Below, one piece after another: positions 51,870 to 58,848 of a DNA stretch of 58,848 bases. Within the stretch, counting starts at the first letter, position 1. Each line of letters begins with the position of its first letter. Where the stretch lies: the NCBI GenBank assembly GCA_965644295.1, contig CBFFRP010000331.1:1-58848 (forward strand). Reading direction: 5' to 3'. This stretch comes from Paraphysomonas bandaiensis. Taxonomy: Eukaryota > Protista > Chrysophyceae. Under the pieces are notes generated by a model, which saw only the letters and a list, made by a program, of their open reading frames with translations, had not been told where the DNA came from and searched no databases. The translations under genes and the position numbers were made by a program.

Positions 51870-52375
51870 ACCTCACTCACCCCAGACATCTACCTCTTCC
51901 ACAAGTTCCCCTGTACAAAAGTGGAAACGCCACGATGTAGCCTCCGCCCGCTGCTTCTCTTCCCCAAGCCCAACCTACTGCCCGCGCCATCTCCAGACAC
52001 GACGGCGCCCCAATCCACCCCCTCGCCCATGTTTCTCAGCCTAGGTACACGCGACTCACTAATTCAGAATACTGTGCCTCCACAAAGTCCTGTAGAGCTC
52101 TACCCCAAGGGACGCCCCCCTGACTAACCCCATCTGCACTTCCAGGACTAACGTCCACAGAGATCTTCTCCCTGACATACAAGAACGGAAGTTGTCGCAT
52201 CTTGGCGCTTGCGGCGACACACAAGCAGCTTCCGTAGCGTTTTATTGTAGGATGCGAGAATTTGTACTAATTAGTTGCAGGTAGAGGTCTATCTAACTTG
52301 ACTAGTTTTCATCTAGCTACATATCTGGTGCTGACTCTTTACGCCCATTGCTAATAATAAGGCTTTCATATTCCA
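51870..52375 (+). mobile_element. 3' fragment of a related non-LTR element
   Basis: Encodes LGTRDSLIQN...YPKGRPPD-stop, followed by the complete 3' module. Confidence 0.85.
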
Positions 52376-52654
52376 TATATACACACGTATTAACTTTGTA
52401 ATGTGTGATTCGTTTTAGTGGCCAATGCTAGCTATTAGACAGAAAGGGTGTAATGTCTACACTCGTTATCTACACATATTTAATAGTGCATTGGAACACA
52501 TCATGGAGTAATGTCGTTGAATTCATAGCAAGCAAATACCGATGTCATTTATGGTGACAATCAGCATGACATACTGAGTACCTACACATGATCCAAACAG
52601 TACTTTCTAGCAGGATTGAACTAAACTACTCCTACGGAGCTAACAATATCAGCC

Positions 52655-54198
52655 CTATTTCGATTTCTGCAGCTCCGCAAGCTGCTCCGAAAGTCTCTTG
52701 TTTTCCTCCCGGAGCCGTTCTATTTCGAGCTCAGCAGGAGTCTTTAGCCCTCCATCGCTTGCGAGTGGAGAAAAGACAACGGAGAAATCTTTGTTACCGT
52801 GCCTACAAAATATATTAATTGCTACTGTATCCATATTAGAATTAGATAATACTTTCTCTTACCCCATCTCCATGATGCGCCCATAAAGTCCGTGTACAGT
52901 CTTACCCACGGGGACGATATTTGACCCTGCCACATTTGCAGCATCCAATGCGAGACCAAGATCTTTATACATAAGAGCTGAAACAACAGTGTGAGACAGA
53001 CGAATATGAGTAAGGTATCATGTATATATGACGGACCCGTGGCGAAGCCTCCAGTGTAATCACGAGAGGACGGTACGTTATCGAATACTCCAGGACAGGG
53101 GTTATTGGTGTCACTTGCCCAACACCTGGCTGTAGATGTGTTGAGAATGCCAGCAAGAACTTTTGGATCCATGCCAAGTCGTTTGCCCTGAACACAATTC
53201 ACAATAAAAAGTTGAAATGCAACAATATGAAATTGCCGTGTACCAGATTCATGGCCTCAGCAGTCCCAACCATAGATATAGCAAGACCCAGATTGTTACA
53301 AAGCTTGGTTACACCTACAAAAGAAAATAACAGAGAGTCATCTGCTATTATTTATTATGATATTGCACACACCTCCAGTACCAGGACCTCCAACGTTAAC
53401 CATGTTCTTTCCCATCGCGCTCAAGAATTTCTGTTGAAAAACTTCATGATGAGGTTCGCTTATAGGGTACACGTACCTTGGACTCTTCGAAAGCAGCAGG
53501 AGAACCTCCTACCATAAAAGTTAAAGTTCCTGCTGCGGCCCCAGCAACGCCTCCTGACACAGGAGCGTCCACCATCCTATGCCCAGCGTTAATAGCCTCC
53601 TGGTGAAGTTCTCTAGAGACGACAGGGTCGATGGTAGAGCAGTCGATTACTAGGGACCCAGGTTTGGCATTCGCGAACACACCCTCTCCACCACGAAGTA
53701 CTCCAGCCACATGCTGAGTTGCGGGAAGCATGGTGATGATTGTCGAGCATGAAGTTGCAAGTTCTTGCACATTGTTGGCTGGTCGAGCACCCTTTCCCTT
53801 CAACTTCATCATGTTGTCCTCCACCACATCGTATACCATCACATCCGGATAAACCTTCAGGAGGTTCTCGGCCATACTGGCTCCCATCTATGCAAGAAAC
53901 ATAATGAAAAGAGTAAAGAAGGCGACAAGTCATAAGGTAGTACTGCTCCTGGCGCCTACACAACTTATACACATCCACCACAGCAATATATACGATAGAC
54001 AGCACCACACTAATAGCCGAGCCAGCTAAATTAATGCATAGTTCACAACATCATTATCAGTGAAATATACACTACAGTACAAACAGTCGACTCGATTAGT
54101 ACCATGCCAAGCCCGATGAAACCAACGGTTGAGAGGGAGCGTGCATTAGCGTGCAATGAACGAGAAGGGACTTGTAAGATTCTTCGAAAGTGCAGCAT
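52655..54198 (-). CDS. HIBADH: Mitochondrial 3-hydroxyisobutyrate dehydrogenase (multi-exon)
   Basis: Motifs [53 protein letters not shown] and KDFS. Confidence 0.96.
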
Positions 54199-54697
54199 TG
54201 GGTGGGTTGGGTCTGTGATTGACAAGCGGGCTGGATAGGAAGATGGAAGGAGATCGTGTTTGGTTAGCGGGGCTCTAGAATCAAATGCCACATACATGCA
54301 ACCCAACTACACTGCAGCTGTATGCTGCTGCTGTATGCTGTCGAGGTGTAGTGCACGTACCCATGCCAGCATACGCATAGATAGAAGATACATGGGTGGG
54401 AATAGGTTGCTGTGTACCTATAGTACTACGACACAGCACTGTATACCGGAATACGGAATACGTGTATATATAACGAGGATTTCTACACACAGATTCGCAG
54501 ATTCGTCATCACACATACATATGGGTGGTTGGAGTGAGGAATACAGTGTCATACCGCTGCATACATATACTTATATACATACCCGCACAGCACTCATATG
54601 CGTGTATGTATATATACACACTGCACTGTACCTCCTGGACTGTGTTTCATAAGCACATCCTCCTAAACACCTTTAAAACTCCCTTCTACTTCTCACA

Positions 54698-56221
54698 ATG
54701 AACCGCATTGTGTTCTTCTTCACTTCTTATTTCGCTCTTACTGCAAGTAGCTCCTCTAAGTGTCCCATCCAAAACTCCACGAACATCGTCTATAGCACAG
54801 TTAATGGGGTCGGACCAGCCTCACAGATATGGGTGGAAGATTTCTTATGGTGGTGGAAATCACATGATCCCTCTATTGAGTATATGGCCATGACCTCTCA
54901 AGATTTTCAGTATTGTGATTTGGCAAGTTATGATAACTTGAGAATATATGTGAACCCTGGAGGCAATACGTATGACCAATTGACTGCAATTGGCCCAGTG
55001 GGGGCGGAGAGTATCAAGAAGTTTGTGACGAGAGACCAGAGCAACCCCAGTGCATATGTGGGATTCTGTGCAGGGGGGTATTTGGCCTCCAGTGACTACA
55101 TATGGGAGAGTGTGTATGAAGGTCCTGACTATTACAACTATAAAACCAACCCCCCACTTGGGTTGTTTCCGTTTACTGTCGAGGGATCTATTATTGATAT
55201 CGGAGACGAGCAATACGGCGACCAGATGGGTGATTTTTACCGTGTGGTGAATGTTTCCAATGGTCACAACATGCTGTATTATGGAGGGTCCACATTTGGG
55301 TATAACGGCGCAAGCGACCCCACGGACCCTTCCAACCCTCTTTACGATCCTGATGTGGAAGTTCTCATATACTACTCGGATTTCTACGGGCATTACTCGT
55401 CCAATATTCCGGCCGCTTGGAGGTACCACAATCTCTTGCTCACCTCTGTGCACCCTGAGGCCGATAACTGTACTGTATATGACTGCCCCAGAGAAGGTTC
55501 TATGTCAACGGAGACTATTCTCCAGAATCGCGCTTGGTTAGCTGAGTATATGAACCAGGCCGCACGCACGGAATACCGTATTCCTCCTGTACCTGTACCT
55601 CCTGTATTTGACACCACTCCACCTCACAGTTCAACTCCTCGGCCTGCCTGCTATGAGACTTTCCTCCACCCTAACACTGAGCTTCTATTTTGTGATGATT
55701 TTGACTCTATTAAGGGTACTGTTCCATTTGGTCTTTCCCCTCAATTCCAACGCAATCAAACGGATTATAACTTTGCCAGGCCCTGGAACGTCTCGTATAT
55801 TTCGTCTTGGAACGGTGGAACTCAGTACACCGCGGCCCAGCTTGGAGACGGGTATGCTGTGTCCGTCCCTCTTGCCAGTGTGCAGCACACAGCAAGCATT
55901 ACCACCAAAGCATTCGATATATCCTCCTGTGCTGGAGACGCGGGTGTATCTTTCTATATGACCGGACAGACCCTTTCCAGTGGCTATCTCTCTGTGGAAT
56001 ATGGTCTGTCTTCTGCCCCTGAGGGTCTCTCTCGGGACGATAGTGGTTGGGTTGTGTTACAAGCGTCTCCCCTCTATCCTGCTCTGCATAGCTGGCAACG
56101 CGTTTTCATACCATTTGTCGTTGGAAACGTTAAATCTTTTGCACAGATCAGGTTCACGTGCGCCGCTGGGGCTGCAGCCAGCAATTTCTGTGCCATTGAC
56201 ACACTGGCAGTCACATGTTGA
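54698..56221 (+). CDS. Secreted BPL_N / class I glutamine amidotransferase-like protein with a C-terminal beta-rich domain
   Basis: Signal peptide. Motifs NPGG, YVGFCAGGYLAS, YYGG and SVHPE. Intronless, 507 aa. Confidence 0.8.
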   Translation: MNRIVFFFTSYFALTASSSSKCPIQNSTNIVYSTVNGVGPASQIWVEDFLWWWKSHDPSIEYMAMTSQDFQYCDLASYDNLRIYVNPGGNTYDQLTAIGPVGAESIKKFVTRDQSNPSAYVGFCAGGYLASSDYIWESVYEGPDYYNYKTNPPLGLFPFTVEGSIIDIGDEQYGDQMGDFYRVVNVSNGHNMLYYGGSTFGYNGASDPTDPSNPLYDPDVEVLIYYSDFYGHYSSNIPAAWRYHNLLLTSVHPEADNCTVYDCPREGSMSTETILQNRAWLAEYMNQAARTEYRIPPVPVPPVFDTTPPHSSTPRPACYETFLHPNTELLFCDDFDSIKGTVPFGLSPQFQRNQTDYNFARPWNVSYISSWNGGTQYTAAQLGDGYAVSVPLASVQHTASITTKAFDISSCAGDAGVSFYMTGQTLSSGYLSVEYGLSSAPEGLSRDDSGWVVLQASPLYPALHSWQRVFIPFVVGNVKSFAQIRFTCAAGAAASNFCAIDTLAVTC

Positions 56222-56899
56222 GAAAAGAGTGGCTTGCCAATGTAAGAGAAGAGAACAGATTAATTTGGTCTCGTTTTTTGTTGTTTGAAGAAGAGGATAA
56301 TACATCAATCCTTACAGCGTCATTTTTGTTTGATGTTTAATATTACTCTAAAATGACTTCTGCGCGGTATTCGTTACTGTCTACACTAAAGAGCTCAGCG
56401 TAGACATAATGGATTATAATAATATTTATAACCACTTCAACAATATCCGTATTATTTTATTTATCTAGGTGTCAGAGATGAGAATCTTAGTGACACAGTT
56501 ACTTACAAAGTCATAGTCCAGTCAATGATTCCCCCAGGAATGCACTGCTGGACACACAACTATTACTACTTGTCGGCTACACTGCTATTACGCTATTACT
56601 ACTTACTACCTTATAGATTGCCCCCAGCATGCCTGTAGTTGTGAAGATCTTTTTATTTGCAATGGGCGTTTAAGAGTCAGGACTAATTTATGCCTGTACG
56701 TACTTCACACAGAATGGACTGCTATAATAACTCAATCAATGTTTCTTCATAATCAAACCGATACAATACAATATAAAATATATTGTAATACAGTCCATTT
56801 TACTTAGCCCTGGAGAATACTACATGTAAAATGTCTTAGTATAGCTGTACAAATTAGCATATATATACACACTGAGTTTTAATAAAATCGAATTCGCAC

Positions 56900-57838
56900 A
56901 TAAAAATAGCCCGAGTTTGAAAATTTGGACAAGAGCCGATACTCCTTATCCCTAGAGGATAAATTGTAGCTTATCCTCACGATGTTGAAAACCTAATATC
57001 TCGATTGCATAGCTACCTGTAGCTTGCTTGTTGTAAGAATAAAGAGGTATTCCCTAATTAGCTGTCTAAGAAAGAGCACATTGTTTCAAATTAATGATAT
57101 ATTATATGTATACGGTATACGGTATACGGTGTGCTTTTCGGGAATAACAATATAGTTATATTTAACCACGGGCAATAAGGAGGCTATATCGTCCTGCGCT
57201 CAAAATTTAGACAAGGGACGATACTTCTTATCCCTAGGTTAAATTGTAGCTTATCCTCATGATGTTGAAAAGTTAATATTACATGTATAGTAGCATGCTT
57301 GCTGTATTAAGAAATAGATGTTCCTTGATTAACATTAATAACACAAATGAGAACTCATATAGTTTCAAATCAATGATATGTATACTGTAAGTGTGATGAT
57401 AAATGTAAACAGTTGAAGGTGAGAGAGAGGCTTCTTATTGCCTTAATTAGTATCATCATCACATTTATATACAGCAGGCTTTACCTCTGCAAGTGCACCT
57501 GATCGAAAGATGTGTGTATGATATGAGACACACAATATCCTGAGAAGCACGATATGGCTGCAACCCTGAAACAACTGGGTGCCACTGCTCCTTACTACCT
57601 ATATAGCATCATATATGGTACTTAAACTCTCCTGTAATATTCTTGAAGTTGTTTCGAATTCCCGGATATGAAGACAGATCACTTGCACTGACCTCATTAT
57701 GATCTTCTACAGCAGTCGAAGAATGGAATATAACTTGGAGTTAGATGATCTGCTCTTGATATTAGGCTTATGATTGTGTTTTTTCTATAATTGTGTACTA
57801 TAATGAAATCACGTACATATGACTGTCATTATCATAAT
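56900..57838. repeat. Dispersed repeat family C with a local duplication (56920-57100 vs 57200-57380)
   Basis: cttatcccta..g..aaattgtagcttatcctca.gatgttgaaaa occurs twice. The region is homologous to 39390-40255. Confidence 0.75.
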
Positions 57839-57851
57839 GAAGATAGATATA

Positions 57852-57989
57852 TTGAAAGTCTTATTATTATCAATATGCGTTAAAAACCTGCACCAACTTA
57901 GTAGCTAGATGAATGCTAGACAAACTAGTTAGACCTCTACCTGTAACTAATCAGTACACACTTTTTTTATCCTACTATTTAATGCTACA
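57852..57989 (-). repeat. Distal half of the retroelement 3' module, interrupted after GCTAC(A)
   Basis: Collinear with 9375-9511 up to cctactatttaatgctac. Confidence 0.85.
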
Positions 57990-58848
57990 CACACAGAGAG
58001 GCCGAGGGACGAGGGATCGCTCTAAGCCGCTTAGGCATTCTTCCTGAGCCAGAAAGGCTCTCGTATCGTAATAAAACTTCGTTTTATTACTCTTTCCTTT
58101 TCACTCAATCTTTCTTCCTTTTCACTCTATCTTTAAATATAATTATTATGGCCTATATAATTATATTAATAATACTATACTTTAAATAAAAATTAATTAC
58201 TTTATATAATATTAAATAATTATCTTATAATAATATTAATAATACTATACTTTAAATAAATATTAATAATACTATACTTTAAATAAAAATTAATTACTTT
58301 ATATAATATTAAATAATTATCTTATAATAAAATTAAAATATGATTTTGGCTTTCTGGCATTTTGGCTTTCTGGCATTTTGGCTTTTATGAAAATTAGAAA
58401 AAGTTATAAAATAAAATTTATTATATAGTTTATGTTATAAAAAGCCAGTGCCATAATGCCAGTTGTGGTGATGATGATGATGGTGGTGTTGTAACAGTGA
58501 TGATGATCGTGATGATGATGGTGTAGTGATGATGTAAAATTTATTATATAGTTTATGTTATAAAAATCCAGTGCCATAATGCCAGTTTCTATTCAAAATA
58601 ATTTATCAAAAATATTTATTCTATTCAAAATATTTTTTCAAAATAATTTATCAAAAATATTTATTCTATTCAAAATATTTTTTCAAAATAATTTATCAAA
58701 AATATTTATTCTATTCAAAATATTTTTTCAAAATAATTTATTCTATTCAAAATAATTTTTACGTTATTACCAATTAAAAAATTATTAAAAAGCAAAATGG
58801 TTTAAAGAGATAATACACAGATTATAAAACGCTTTAGGCGTTTTAAAT
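57990..58848. mobile_element. Left end (TIR-like region) of a second AT-rich virus-like element, truncated by the window end
   Basis: Begins (AC)n-AGAGAG, followed by a short GC-rich hairpin-forming tip and then extremely AT-rich nested tandem repeats. No ORF lies inside the window. Confidence 0.5.

Overview
Eukaryotic (protist, probably stramenopile; inferred from short GT-AG introns and the protein families) nuclear DNA. About 11 host genes are recognisable: ATP11, a two-pore K+ channel-like protein, a GT61-like glycosyltransferase, transaldolase, two secreted repeat proteins, a giant PI-PLC, a CUE protein, a multi-PH/Sec6-like CaaX protein, HIBADH and a secreted BPL_N/GATase-like protein. 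They lie among mobile DNA: a 5'-truncated but open non-LTR retrotransposon (RT-RNase H-CCHC) and scrambled relatives, two hAT elements with TIRs and 8-bp TSDs, and dispersed repeats. The most striking observation is at the window edges. Both hold AT-rich, virus-like (Polinton/PLV-like) elements with AGAGAG termini. Each interrupts a different copy of the retrotransposon 3' module at the same position (GCTAC-R|RAR-GCTGC), which suggests site-specific integration into a retroelement tail. All calls come from reading motifs by eye; no database searches were run and the exon boundaries are approximate.
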